Positions 10,315-20,663 of a stretch of 64,000 nt of DNA are shown here, one piece after another (within the stretch, counting starts at the first letter, position 1; the number at the start of each line of letters is the position of its first letter). Origin of the DNA: a virus (Duplodnaviria > Caudoviricetes); IMG/VR virus record IMGVR_UViG_3300035152_000033, positions 1 to 64,000 of that record; one strand, 5' to 3'. The notes under the pieces were generated by a model. The model searched no databases, was not told where the DNA came from, and saw only the letters and a program-made list of their open reading frames with translations. The position numbers and the translations under genes were made by a program.

Positions 10315-10340
10315 TAGGTAGGTAGTTTCCTACCCACCAC
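10315..10340 (-). terminator. Hairpin / possible terminator after major capsid gene
   Basis: GGTAGG-aaacta-CCTACC stem. Confidence 0.4.
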
Positions 10341-10357
10341 AATCTAACAAAAACACT

Positions 10358-11383
10358 TTAAGCCGATTCTTTTTGAATCAAAGCAGCCACACTAGCATTT
10401 TCGTCCTCATAATGGGCATCCCCTTCAAAAGAAAGAACAAAGTCAGTCCTTCTTGCCTTAGCTTCTCTTTCCCTCTCAACCATAACATCATGGAAAACAC
10501 CATATGCCATATTATCAGGATTAGTCAACAAAGCAATTTTACCATTCATTAAACCATCATCAGAAGCACCAGAAGTAGCAGCCCTTTCTAATGTTGGTAC
10601 ATATTTAACTTTAATACCCTTATAATACAATTGAGGCATTCCTACTTGAGCCGTATCACCTAAAGCAGTACCTCTAGCTTTTAGTAAATTATGATAAGCA
10701 TTATGGACTTCCCAAGTTACCTCATACTCCCAATCTTGTACATTAACAAGATATTGTTTAGGTAAAGCAGCTAACATAGCGTCAAACATATTCTCAGGAT
10801 AAGAACTAGCAGCAGGATCAAAATCCTTACCAGCACCCGCACCATATATTTTATTACCAGCTAACTTAATCCATCCATCAGTCTGAGACAACACATCATC
10901 AGTACCATAAGCAACACCAGTATCACCAAGTAAACAATATTCTTCTAAATCTCTACCAGCGGCTCCACCAAATAGGTCTAATAAAGTATCCTCAAACCCA
11001 CCTCTTTCAATATTTCTTCTTAATGCATCATCTCTAAGAGATGTAATAGCTACAAGCTCTCTAGCTATTAACTGATTAGTGACAGGTGTAGGACTAACCC
11101 CATGAGTAGACGCATTTAATTCTACTACAGCCCCGCCACCTTGAGCAGCAGCTCTACCAGCTTTTATAATTCTTCCTACAAAACCTGTTCTATCAATATC
11201 AGATTTTTGAGCATCCATCCTGATAAATCTAGCATTAGGTAAAACATTAACAGCATGTTCCATAGTTCTTACAAATCTATCGAACTTCTCAGGTTGTAAT
11301 ATACTATCCCCAAAATCAGATATTTCAGTGATACCTTTAAAAGCTGCATCCAACTTTGCTAAAATTTCCATATTACTAGCCAT
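10358..11383 (-). CDS. Major capsid protein (HK97 fold, XkdG-like)
   Basis: ILQPEKFDRF...LRRNIERGGFEDTL...GRDLEE...DGWIK; position. Confidence 0.9.
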   Translation of the reverse strand: MASNMEILAKLDAAFKGITEISDFGDSILQPEKFDRFVRTMEHAVNVLPNARFIRMDAQKSDIDRTGFVGRIIKAGRAAAQGGGAVVELNASTHGVSPTPVTNQLIARELVAITSLRDDALRRNIERGGFEDTLLDLFGGAAGRDLEEYCLLGDTGVAYGTDDVLSQTDGWIKLAGNKIYGAGAGKDFDPAASSYPENMFDAMLAALPKQYLVNVQDWEYEVTWEVHNAYHNLLKARGTALGDTAQVGMPQLYYKGIKVKYVPTLERAATSGASDDGLMNGKIALLTNPDNMAYGVFHDVMVEREREAKARRTDFVLSFEGDAHYEDENASVAALIQKESA

Positions 11384-11416
11384 TTATTTCTCACTCCTTA
11401 TATAAAATATTTAAAA

Positions 11417-12847
11417 TTAATTAGCTACTTTTTTACGTCTTCTACCAAAATGATCTCTATAGTTTTTAATACTATACTTATCCTCAGTATTCTTATTACC
11501 ATTTTCAGCCTCAACAAGTTTTAAGCCTTTAGAACTAACAGACTTTTTACCATAAAGTTTTTCTAAAGAATCAAGTCTTTCCATAATAGCCTCTTTAAAA
11601 ACTTTATCGTCATTAACTTCCTTAGAATCAACATTAGAATCATCAGTAGAATCAGCTTGAGACTTCTTAACTTCCTCATCCTTAGAATCATCTGTAGAAT
11701 CATTTGTAGAATCAACATCTTTAGACTTCTTAGCTTCCTCATTAATAGACTCAATTTGAGACTTAACAGAAGTTAAACTTTCCTCTATAGTAGCCACTCT
11801 TTCACTTAAAGGCTCTACAGCAGTCTTAACCGAATTGGCTATAGTCTCAGCTAAAACATCTAAATCTATTTCCTTCTTTGCGTTACTCTTATCAGACATA
11901 TCAATATCCTCCTCTTTCTTAGATTTCTTTAAAATGCCTATGGCATCCATAAACTTACTAACTTTTGCAAATAAAGAGTTATCATTATCTGCCTCAGTTT
12001 CTTTTTTATCCTCAGCAGACTTATCTGCAGACTTGATAGAAAAAAACTTTGCCTTAGGAACAGCAGGCTCATCAACTATACTAACATGAGTAGCCACCCA
12101 ATCAGGCCCCAAGTCTTGGAGTAAAGTCCTCTTATAAGCAATATCATTATCTTTAGACTTAGCAGCACTTTCAAAAGCAGACTTTCTAACCCCCATAACT
12201 GAGTAACCCCTAAACGTGCCATCCTCAACACCATTCCAGGTCTCCTCAGAAAATTTAGAAGCTAATACCCATGTACCTTTAGGTAATAAGGTCTTTTCTC
12301 CATATATTTCAACCTCCATAGGGCTAGAGGTAATATAACTTTCTACAGGTACACCAACATTATTTAAAGTATGCATTAAATCAACATTTCTATAGGATTC
12401 CATCCATCCATGTGCTACTTCCTCAATCTTTTCAGATGTTACAATTTCACCATCTGAATCAGGTTCCCCAGGAACCAACACAGCAGCATGAGCAATTCTT
12501 TTAACAGCATTTTTTATAACAATAGGACCACCTATTTCCACACCTTTAAAAGCTTTAGCCGCTGATAAATTAATTTCTATGCCTGCTATTTTTGCCCTCT
12601 TAGCAACATATTGCTCCTCAACTTCTCTTAAACTACTAAAAACAACTTGACTATCAGAAATAAGATAAGAAGCCTCATATAATTTCTCATTGCAAGTATT
12701 CATTAATATAACAGCATCCGAAAAAGTATGCAAAACCCTACTATCAAAAGCATTATCAGGGTCGTCATAATTATCAAAATTTCTCCATGCCGCACGCTGA
12801 ACCGTATTTAATAAAACTTCATAACTATCATTTTTATTTTTAGCCAA
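11417..12847 (-). CDS. XkdF-like prohead serine protease with scaffold-like acidic C-terminus
   Basis: VLVPGEPDSDGE...DLMH...PVESY...GTW...GYSVMG...VSIVDEPAVP; likely start TTG 12847 after AGGAGG. Confidence 0.85.
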   Translation of the reverse strand: MAKNKNDSYEVLLNTVQRAAWRNFDNYDDPDNAFDSRVLHTFSDAVILMNTCNEKLYEASYLISDSQVVFSSLREVEEQYVAKRAKIAGIEINLSAAKAFKGVEIGGPIVIKNAVKRIAHAAVLVPGEPDSDGEIVTSEKIEEVAHGWMESYRNVDLMHTLNNVGVPVESYITSSPMEVEIYGEKTLLPKGTWVLASKFSEETWNGVEDGTFRGYSVMGVRKSAFESAAKSKDNDIAYKRTLLQDLGPDWVATHVSIVDEPAVPKAKFFSIKSADKSAEDKKETEADNDNSLFAKVSKFMDAIGILKKSKKEEDIDMSDKSNAKKEIDLDVLAETIANSVKTAVEPLSERVATIEESLTSVKSQIESINEEAKKSKDVDSTNDSTDDSKDEEVKKSQADSTDDSNVDSKEVNDDKVFKEAIMERLDSLEKLYGKKSVSSKGLKLVEAENGNKNTEDKYSIKNYRDHFGRRRKKVAN

Positions 12848-12878
12848 AGTCAATCCCTCCTTTCTATTTACTATCCTC

Positions 12879-14312
12879 TTAAACCATTGAAAAACTATAA
12901 GTATAATCCTCAGCCAATAAAGCACCATCATCACCCTTAACAGTAGCAGCACTAGGAATAGTGACTGTAACAGTCTGGCTATTTTCTCCTAAATTACCTC
13001 CTAAAGTTATAGTAAGAACAGCATCAGTAATATCAATATTTGTTGTATCATCCGTAAAGGTCTCAGGCACTCCACCATTAGTAACTATAATAGAATCAAC
13101 TATTTCACCTGCACCAGAATTATCCGCAATATTTCTATCAAAAGTAATAGCTATAGTATCAGTATTACTTGTACCAGAACCAGCCACAGGACTAACAGAA
13201 CTAACAGCCAAATTAGTATCCATAGTAAAGCTGAATTCTAAATCAGTCTCCATTACTCCACCAGTAGCAGTCGCCACAGTAGCAGCACTATTAACGGTAA
13301 CCTCAACTAATTGATCTTCACAAGCAATAGCAGCAGCCATAGTAATTCTTAAAGTATCATCAGCAATAGAAGTCTGTTCTATAGAAGTACTATCAATAGT
13401 AGCAGCTACACCACCAACAAGCACACTAATACCATCCTTAATATCACCATCCCCAGAATTATCCGCAATAGCTACATCAAATACTACATCTATAGTAGTT
13501 CTTGCAGCTTGGTCATCAGCTTCATCAGTAGGTACTGTACTAGCTACAGTTAAATAAGTATATCCATTTGTAAATGTAAACTCATAATCATCAGCTAATA
13601 ATTCATCATTAGACCCTTTGACAGTAGCAGCACTAGGAATAGTAACGGTAACTTCATCCGCTTCGTCAAGAGTACCACTAAGAGTTAATCTTAATGTATC
13701 ATTAGACACATTAGTAGTAGCTAAAGCCGAACTAGCTATAGTAATAGACCCAGTACCTTGCTCCAAAGTAATATTAGTATGCATATCATCTTCACCAGAA
13801 TTATCTGTTAAAGTTCTATCAAATACTATATCAATACTTGAGGCAGGTTGAGCAGAAGAACCACTAGGAGACGTTGATAAAACAGCTAAATTAGTCGCTA
13901 AAGTCTTATCAAAAGTTGTAACATCAGCCGACACAGTAGTATCATCATAACTAACACTAGTATAACCTGTTTTAGAAATAACTACATCATATACCCCAGG
14001 GTATAAATTCATTGTAAAATATCCATCTGAATCCGATAAAACAGCACCCGCCACATTAGAAGTATCTTTCACATAAGCCGTAACTAAAGCCCCTGCCAAA
14101 GCAGCAGCATCCTCATCTACTATATCACCTGCTAAAACATATTTTGTCTCATTATTACCTCTGAATGTTCTAGCAGCTTTATTAACAGAAGCAGCTGTAT
14201 ACAAAGTTTCCATATCAGCAGCAGCGGCATTTAACAAATCTTGTATTTGTGCTAATTTGGAGCCACCTTCTCCTTTACCTATCTCATTAGGTAAAATCTT
14301 ATAATAACCCAT
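12879..14312 (-). CDS. Carboxypeptidase-regulatory-like domain plus three tandem Ig-like (Big_5/SbsA-type) domains; putative capsid decoration protein
   Basis: SDSDGYFTMNLYPGVYDVVISKTGY; three repeats of V.S..P...I.I.FD....DNSG...L.IT...VTV.I.SAATV...Y.F.F. Confidence 0.75.
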   Translation of the reverse strand: MGYYKILPNEIGKGEGGSKLAQIQDLLNAAAADMETLYTAASVNKAARTFRGNNETKYVLAGDIVDEDAAALAGALVTAYVKDTSNVAGAVLSDSDGYFTMNLYPGVYDVVISKTGYTSVSYDDTTVSADVTTFDKTLATNLAVLSTSPSGSSAQPASSIDIVFDRTLTDNSGEDDMHTNITLEQGTGSITIASSALATTNVSNDTLRLTLSGTLDEADEVTVTIPSAATVKGSNDELLADDYEFTFTNGYTYLTVASTVPTDEADDQAARTTIDVVFDVAIADNSGDGDIKDGISVLVGGVAATIDSTSIEQTSIADDTLRITMAAAIACEDQLVEVTVNSAATVATATGGVMETDLEFSFTMDTNLAVSSVSPVAGSGTSNTDTIAITFDRNIADNSGAGEIVDSIIVTNGGVPETFTDDTTNIDITDAVLTITLGGNLGENSQTVTVTIPSAATVKGDDGALLAEDYTYSFSMV

Positions 14313-14338
14313 TTAATTTCCTCCTTTATTTAAAAATT

Positions 14339-15208
14339 TTAAACTACACTTATCAAATCTCCCTCATAAAAATAAGGAGCATTTGGAGCCGCAGAACCTA
14401 AAGGCATTAAATAAGGAACAGTAAAACAACGACAATTTATCCATTCACTTATTGGAGCATTTCTATCCCCAGGATATTGCAACCCATTTGAAAAAGGTTC
14501 ACCCACTCTAACAATCTGACCATGTAAAGCAATATGATTCGCTCTATCATACCGCCCTAAACCTCTAACTCTATTATCCAAAGCAGTCATCCACATATGG
14601 TACACAACACCCAACTCTAAATCTGACATATAAGAGGAGAGATTTTGTGACCCTTGTATTTCAGTCCTTGCAATTCTTTCAAGCTCCCACCCTCGCATAT
14701 CTTCAAAAACATTCTCCAATCTACGAGTAGTATCATAAATACCTAATCCTCTACTATAACTATCTGCTAATACTTCCATAACATCCCCAGTCATCCTTCT
14801 AATTGTAGACTGAGAAGCTACAAAAACTTGATTTCTTAACAAATCTACAGTAGTAGAAGGTAAAGTAGACCTAGCTAATTGCCTACCTTGTAACCTTAAA
14901 TCATTAATAAGCTTTATTCTAGCAGCTTGAGCCGCAGGTTCTACCTCATCAAAAACAACACTAGACATAGCATCAATAGAATTTCTTAAATCAGATACTA
15001 TATTACTACGAGTCACATCATCTGAAGGAACACGCCCCAACCTGGATAAATTCCTTAAAATATTGTTAAAAACACTACCAAAAAAATCTTTTAATCTATT
15101 AATTAAATTAGTCTCAGCATTATTTTTAGCCTTCATTACTTGTAGGTGGTAAAGAGTTCTCTCCACTTCCACCATTGCCTTGAGTGCTATTAAGGGTCGA
15201 TTCTCCAT
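14339..15208 (-). CDS. Minor head protein (Mu gpF / SPP1 gp7-like)
   Basis: ERIARTE...W.T..D.RVR...H..LHGQ...F.NGLQYPGD...INCRC. Confidence 0.9.
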   Translation of the reverse strand: MENRPLIALKAMVEVERTLYHLQVMKAKNNAETNLINRLKDFFGSVFNNILRNLSRLGRVPSDDVTRSNIVSDLRNSIDAMSSVVFDEVEPAAQAARIKLINDLRLQGRQLARSTLPSTTVDLLRNQVFVASQSTIRRMTGDVMEVLADSYSRGLGIYDTTRRLENVFEDMRGWELERIARTEIQGSQNLSSYMSDLELGVVYHMWMTALDNRVRGLGRYDRANHIALHGQIVRVGEPFSNGLQYPGDRNAPISEWINCRCFTVPYLMPLGSAAPNAPYFYEGDLISVV

Positions 15209-16727
15209 CTATCTCACCTTCCATATCCTCAGCAGGATCATCACCAACAACTACCCCAGCTAATCTATCATTTAAACCATTAAGTATCTCTTTAACTTCA
15301 TCAGGAGACGTATTATCTCCGTCAATAGCTTTACCTTTAATATAATGTAAGTTCATAGCCTCATGATCTGATTCCTTAAGACCAAATCTTCCACCAAAAT
15401 TTTTAATAAGTTCATTTGGTGTCATAGCTGCATTTTCAAATAATTTAACAGCCATCGTAATATCAGTGTCTTCATCCTCAGCATCTATAGCAGCTATTTT
15501 AAACTCTAAATCATAAGCCCCAAACATACCCCAAAGAATATCTTTATTGAAAAAATCCTCAATGATAGCCTGTCTAGGTTCTATTACAGAAGTCTTATAC
15601 ACCTTTGTAGCTTCCTCAGCAACATTACTTCCTAAGGTACCTGTCTCAACAATACCTAATCTATAAGGCGGTACCCCATGAGCAGCTAATATTTCATCTC
15701 TATTATCTTGTCTATATAATCTAAATGAGGACTCTTTTATTTCCGCTGATAAAGGATGGAATTTAATTTCCACATCTCCCCCTCCATCATCAGAAACAGA
15801 CGGAATAGATAAAATTAACACAGAATTTGGATTCTTAGCCGCCTCATCAAAATGACCCTCTATAGCCCATTCTAAAGGAGTTTTACCCGTCTCATCAGGA
15901 TTACCATCTTTATCAACAGGCTCACCAGGGTCAAAATCACCAGTGATATACACCGCATAAGCTGGAACCCCATAATTATCAAAGAAAGAAATATTATAAT
16001 CTCGTCTTGATATATCACCTTGAACAGCTCCCATAGCAGGAACTATATCAGGTACACCATAATAAGTACATCTAGGTGAATAATTTTCCCAGAATATAAT
16101 CTCCGTAGCTCTATCCTCTGGCTTTAAAGTTCCTAAAGGAAATTCTTGACCAGTCTTACAATCTATATCCATAGGATAATTAATTTTTTTAAACCAAACA
16201 TGTTCAGCTCCAACACGTTGCATATATTTATTACCAGTAATATGGACCCTAAAATTTATAGCAGGTAAATGATAAATCTTAGCCAATTCCCCATCAGCTT
16301 TATGACTCTCACGTACTATCTCCAAAACACCATAACCTATAGACTCCCAATCTACACAAGCTCTATATAAACTTTTCGACAAAGATTCATCCATATCCTT
16401 TAAAATATTTTCTATATTTTCCTTCATAGTAGTAGACGCTTCATTTTCAGTCTGTTTTAACTCCCAACCTAAGCCCGCAGTATCTTTAGCTTTAGTCTGA
16501 CAACACCGCATATGATACACATTTAACTCTAATAAATATGATAAAGATAAGGGATTATATAAAGGTTCACTTAATTGATAAGTACTATAAGCATTTAAAA
16601 ACACATCAGATAATATCTGTTTGCTCTCAGCTTCGTTACCTTTACCAGCAAATAAATTTAACTGTCTTTCACTAAAAGCCTTACCACTTTTAGAAACATA
16701 ACAAAAAGGTTTCTTAAATTTCTTCAT
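15126..16727 (-). CDS. Portal protein (PBSX-like)
   Basis: IGYGVLEIVR...YYGVPD...YNISFFDNYGVP...EILAAHGVPPYRLG. Confidence 0.9.
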   Translation of the reverse strand: MKKFKKPFCYVSKSGKAFSERQLNLFAGKGNEAESKQILSDVFLNAYSTYQLSEPLYNPLSLSYLLELNVYHMRCCQTKAKDTAGLGWELKQTENEASTTMKENIENILKDMDESLSKSLYRACVDWESIGYGVLEIVRESHKADGELAKIYHLPAINFRVHITGNKYMQRVGAEHVWFKKINYPMDIDCKTGQEFPLGTLKPEDRATEIIFWENYSPRCTYYGVPDIVPAMGAVQGDISRRDYNISFFDNYGVPAYAVYITGDFDPGEPVDKDGNPDETGKTPLEWAIEGHFDEAAKNPNSVLILSIPSVSDDGGGDVEIKFHPLSAEIKESSFRLYRQDNRDEILAAHGVPPYRLGIVETGTLGSNVAEEATKVYKTSVIEPRQAIIEDFFNKDILWGMFGAYDLEFKIAAIDAEDEDTDITMAVKLFENAAMTPNELIKNFGGRFGLKESDHEAMNLHYIKGKAIDGDNTSPDEVKEILNGLNDRLAGVVVGDDPAEDMEGEIDGESTLNSTQGNGGSGENSLPPTSNEG

Positions 16728-16729
16728 TT

Positions 16730-18244
16730 TTACCTCCTTCCCCTAACTCTAACTTTAGCTCTCTTATTTCTTTTCTCAGGAACTACATTACCAAAAGCTA
16801 ATAACCATGCGTCTCCTCTATCAGGAGACTTACCCAATCGATCAGCTTTCCGTAAATCTTCCTTTGACTCAATTTTTGTCTGACCCTTAGAAGTCATAGT
16901 ATACTCAGGAGCCGATAATTCTTTTAATCCTTCCGAGGAAATATTCTTAGTAGATATTTCTCTCTTTTGTACTCGTACTCTAAATTGCCACCATAAATTA
17001 TCTCTTAAAGTTACAAATCTTAATCTATCCTTTTTTAACTCTTTAGTTTTTAAATCCTTACTAGCCATAGCGACATTAACACCAATAATCTCGATATGTT
17101 GAGGAAATTCTCCTTCTTCTTGTAGCTCCAACAATCTATCCACAGGACCTGCACCTAAACCAATAACATCTAACTTAATTTTACTGACCCTATGAGGACC
17201 TAAAAAAGATATCTCCTCTCTTATAGCTCCTACTACAGCCATAGTGGACTTATGATATAACACTCTTTCATATAATGGCTGTCTGCCTGCCCTAAAAGCT
17301 AATACAGACTCATCCGTTCCATATCTGGCTATATCAACTCCAACCTCAATCTCTGAATACATTTCATCTTGAGCAAAATACAAATCCCTACACTCATCTA
17401 AATCAGCTATAGGAATAACTTTATCAGTTTGGTCACTACTAGGAAAATCAGCATCAATTTTAATTTTTACTAAAACGGACTCTGATCCCCAAGTCTGAAA
17501 CCTTTCAGCTACCCATTGAGGAGTAACTAAATAAGGTCTGGGCATCTTCTTATCCCCAACTTTTTCTTGCCAGGCCCCAGTTAAAATATCCTCTCTAGTT
17601 ATACCAAAATAAACAAAATTAGGTGTGTCAAAAGCTGATATTTTAAATTTAGCATATAAATCATTAGTAAAAGATTCTCTAAATCTTCCCTCAGCTCTAG
17701 TTGGATTTCCTACAAGTAACATGTGAGCATTACCAGAAGACATTAATCCTTCTAAAGCATCAAATATAGGGTCGGGAACTCCACTAGCTTCATCAACAAT
17801 AATTAAAATATTATCAGAATGATATCCCGTAACCCTCTCTATATTAAACTCAGAAGTAGCAAACCCTTCGGCATACCACCCAGGCTTTAATTCTAATCTA
17901 GTTTTTAAAGGGTCTCCCCCTAAAGGCCTAATCTTACTGCCTCTTCCATGAGCTTCTCTTATCTCTGACCATAATAAAGAATAAACTTGTCTCCCAGTAG
18001 GAGCCGTAGTTATAACTTTAGAAGGTTTATGCGTATATAAGAACCATAATACAGTATTTCCAGATAAAAAAGTTTTACCAGGACCATGACAGGCCCTAAC
18101 AGTAGTATATCTTTTGTCTTTAACAGAATTTATTATATCAATTTGTTTCTGCCACAACTCAGCCCCAAGCATATTCTTAATAAACCAATCAGGCTTTTCC
18201 TTGCTTTTACTCAACAACTGCCTTGCGGTATCTTTACTAATCAT
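16730..18244 (-). CDS. terL: Terminase large subunit
   Basis: Walker A-like CHGPGKT, Walker B IIVDEA, GNPT, nuclease GVDIARYGTD and SPDRGDA. Confidence 0.95.
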   Translation of the reverse strand: MISKDTARQLLSKSKEKPDWFIKNMLGAELWQKQIDIINSVKDKRYTTVRACHGPGKTFLSGNTVLWFLYTHKPSKVITTAPTGRQVYSLLWSEIREAHGRGSKIRPLGGDPLKTRLELKPGWYAEGFATSEFNIERVTGYHSDNILIIVDEASGVPDPIFDALEGLMSSGNAHMLLVGNPTRAEGRFRESFTNDLYAKFKISAFDTPNFVYFGITREDILTGAWQEKVGDKKMPRPYLVTPQWVAERFQTWGSESVLVKIKIDADFPSSDQTDKVIPIADLDECRDLYFAQDEMYSEIEVGVDIARYGTDESVLAFRAGRQPLYERVLYHKSTMAVVGAIREEISFLGPHRVSKIKLDVIGLGAGPVDRLLELQEEGEFPQHIEIIGVNVAMASKDLKTKELKKDRLRFVTLRDNLWWQFRVRVQKREISTKNISSEGLKELSAPEYTMTSKGQTKIESKEDLRKADRLGKSPDRGDAWLLAFGNVVPEKRNKRAKVRVRGRR

Positions 18245-18734
18245 CTTCTATCACATCAAATAAGTCCAACCAAGTCTCAATATTAGATTGAGCAGCACTA
18301 GTATTTTCACCTAAAGCAAGTCTGCCTATCTTTTGAAATTTATCTGTACACCTTGCCAAAGCCTCTAAACTATCTAAAGACATAGTCTTTCCAGTTTCAT
18401 TATATTTAAATTTAGCTTGTCTAAAATAATGCTCAACATGTTCTAATCCATCCTTAGCGACATTTAAAACTCTCAAATCAAAATTCGCCGCCTCCTCAGC
18501 TAGAGACTCAATGCGTTTTTCTCTCTTACGTTTTTCTACATTATCTAAATATAATTTCTTCTCAGTTTTCCAGTTCTCCTCTTTTATTCTTACACTTAAA
18601 GCCTGAGGAGAAATTTCAAATCTTTTGGCTAAATCTACATTAGAGCTATAAATTATTTTTCCTTCCTTATCAAGCTCACCCATAACATACAAATCTTTAA
18701 TTTCAATCCAATTAACACCATTATTAGTAGGCAT
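18237..18734 (-). CDS. terS: Terminase small subunit
   Basis: NWIEIKDLY...DLAKRFEIS...RIKEENW HTH; directly upstream of terL. Confidence 0.75.
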   Translation of the reverse strand: MPTNNGVNWIEIKDLYVMGELDKEGKIIYSSNVDLAKRFEISPQALSVRIKEENWKTEKKLYLDNVEKRKREKRIESLAEEAANFDLRVLNVAKDGLEHVEHYFRQAKFKYNETGKTMSLDSLEALARCTDKFQKIGRLALGENTSAAQSNIETWLDLFDVIEDD

Positions 18735-18759
18735 TTAAGACACCCCCTTTTATAGCTCA

Positions 18760-18788
18760 AGTTTAGCACACCACCTAAGTAAAGTCAA
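18760..18788 (-). promoter_or_regulatory. Promoter of packaging/structural operon, TTGACT-17-TAAACT
   Basis: Exact 17-bp spacing upstream of terS RBS. Confidence 0.6.
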
Positions 18789-18798
18789 GGTACATAAC

Positions 18799-18893
18799 AA
18801 TAGAGAGTACTATTAAAGCACTCTCTATTTTGAGTAGAAGTTGTCTTATCAGATTTCTATATATACACTATTGTAGTGAGCTTAGCAGTTATC
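18799..18893 (-). ncRNA. Candidate small RNA (~95 nt) upstream of terminase
   Basis: TTGACA-17-TATGTT (18900-18928), no ORF, ends in AATAGAGAGT/ACTCTCTATT hairpin. Confidence 0.4.
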
Positions 18894-18924
18894 TTTTACA
18901 ACATAACATAATTTACAAAAACTG

Positions 18925-19269
18925 TCAAGCTCCTGAAGGTATTTGATAAGCCATTACATAACTCCCAGCCGTACAAGACACCTCCGTAAATCTACCCGCC
19001 AACATCTGACCTTTATTTAATACCTGAGAAGCCACAGAACTATTACCAGTTACCGTAATATTAGAATCCTCAACAGCATACACCACACAAAACTTATATC
19101 CACTATCAGGAGTCATATTACTTGCAGGATTCACCAATCTTTTAAAACCATAATAACCAGACATAGCTCTTTCAATAACCAACTTATTATAGCCAATAAT
19201 ATTTAAGGCTCTGATATCTTTTAAATCTTCCTCACTCAAACTAATAACACTGTTATCAAAATTAAGCAT
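18925..19269 (-). CDS. Hypothetical protein (beta-rich C-terminus, possibly virion-associated)
   Basis: ORF coupled to 19270..20127. Confidence 0.55.
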   Translation of the reverse strand: MLNFDNSVISLSEEDLKDIRALNIIGYNKLVIERAMSGYYGFKRLVNPASNMTPDSGYKFCVVYAVEDSNITVTGNSSVASQVLNKGQMLAGRFTEVSCTAGSYVMAYQIPSGA

Positions 19270-20127
19270 TTAAACACCTCCATTTTTTAAATCTGTATAC
19301 TTACTATAAACATCTGCATTAAAAACATAAACACTTTTTATATGCCCATTAAAATAAGTAGAATGACTAGTAGGATTTTTTCTGCCTCCTATAGAAACAT
19401 TATCAACATTAACCAGAGTAGCATCAAACAAAGCACTTGATTCACTACCATTAGCATTTAATTTTAACCCATCAGCCACAAGAGTATCCCAAAAAATCAT
19501 ATCTTGACTAGGCTCCCCATTAGCGGCAATAAGTCTCTCATTCCCATGCCACCAAGCACTAACACTAGTACCATCATTTAAAATAGAATATTGTGCATCA
19601 TCAGAACCAACACCATTTTTACAAAACACAAAGCCTACATGAGAGCTGGCCCTTTTATAATTTGCATATAAAACTAATTTAGGAGCTATTATATCTAAAG
19701 CTGAATAATTATCTATCACTAATACATCATCAGTACCATCATATAATAAACCCTCAGTGACAATAGCACCAGCATTCACAATTTTAGGCATATAATTAAA
19801 ATCTTCTTGATAAGCGTATTTACTGTTATCATTTTGCAAATAAACCCTTTTAATAAATGTATCGACTCCACCACACCAGGATAAAATAGAAGCCGTATCT
19901 AATACCCCATTCTTAAAAGTAAATTCTTCCTCAGCTAAATCCCCTGACCTTACACACCTAATAATAGGTCCTGTAAAACTACTTACAACCTGAGTATAAG
20001 GATTAAAAATTAATATAGCATTCTCACTAATACCTAAAACATCAAATAATAAAGGTATCACTGCATTTTCAAGTAAAGTATAAGTTGAACTAAAACCTAA
20101 ACCAAAGCCTAAACGTCTCACACTCAA
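19270..20127 (-). CDS. LamG / concanavalin-like (arabinofuranosidase-B-like) domain protein
   Basis: IIRCVRSGDLAEEEF...GVLDTASILSW...YDGTDDVL...SIGGR...YFNGHIKSVYVFN. Confidence 0.65.
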   Translation of the reverse strand: MSVRRLGFGLGFSSTYTLLENAVIPLLFDVLGISENAILIFNPYTQVVSSFTGPIIRCVRSGDLAEEEFTFKNGVLDTASILSWCGGVDTFIKRVYLQNDNSKYAYQEDFNYMPKIVNAGAIVTEGLLYDGTDDVLVIDNYSALDIIAPKLVLYANYKRASSHVGFVFCKNGVGSDDAQYSILNDGTSVSAWWHGNERLIAANGEPSQDMIFWDTLVADGLKLNANGSESSALFDATLVNVDNVSIGGRKNPTSHSTYFNGHIKSVYVFNADVYSKYTDLKNGGV

Positions 20128-20171
20128 ATCACCACCTAACTATATTGTATAGTATATCATAAAAAGACAAA

Positions 20172-20203
20172 AAAACAGGATTAGGGAACACAACCCTAAT
20201 CCT
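20172..20203 (-). terminator. Intrinsic terminator
   Basis: AGGATTAGGG/CCCTAATCCT stem followed by GTTTTTTT. Confidence 0.75.
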
Positions 20204-20318
20204 TATCAAAACCAACCATTACCCACTCTTTTTCATCTATCTCACATCTTTTTACTTTAGCATGATATTCACTAGCACTAAGCTCCTCCCTAGTGAATAT
20301 ATTCCGATAAAACATTAA

Positions 20319-20558
20319 CTACACCACCTTATTTAAAAATCTTTTATCCTCAGTACATCTAAATCCTAAAAACTTCTCTAAAAGATAAATACTTTCAGCA
20401 TTTTCCCGAGAAATATGATCAGCTATAGCATATAAAAACCAAAACATTTCTCTAAACTCCTGAAAATCCTCCATATCCATAACAGCATAAGGACATATAC
20501 CACAATCCTCATTAATACGATTAATTTTTTTATAAGCAATTACACCTAATTTAGCCAT
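20319..20558 (-). CDS. Hypothetical protein
   Basis: ORF with GAGGAG RBS. Confidence 0.55.
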   Translation of the reverse strand: MAKLGVIAYKKINRINEDCGICPYAVMDMEDFQEFREMFWFLYAIADHISRENAESIYLLEKFLGFRCTEDKRFLNKVV

Positions 20559-20663
20559 TTACTCCTCCTCTTCATCCTGAACACAGCCATTAAAATATGT
20601 ACATTCTACCTGTTGAGTAGCTGCGTTAATCCGACCCCAAGGACATGATCTACAATTTCTCAT
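20559..20663 (-). CDS. Cys-rich microprotein (34 aa)
   Basis: MRNCRSCPW...VECTYFNGC; read manually. Confidence 0.5.
   Translation of the reverse strand: MRNCRSCPWGRINAATQQVECTYFNGCVQDEEEE

Noticed and set aside
12848-12952. N-terminal 35 aa of the protease ORF as called
   Set aside because: Overlaps the upstream gene; AGGAGG supports TTG at 12847
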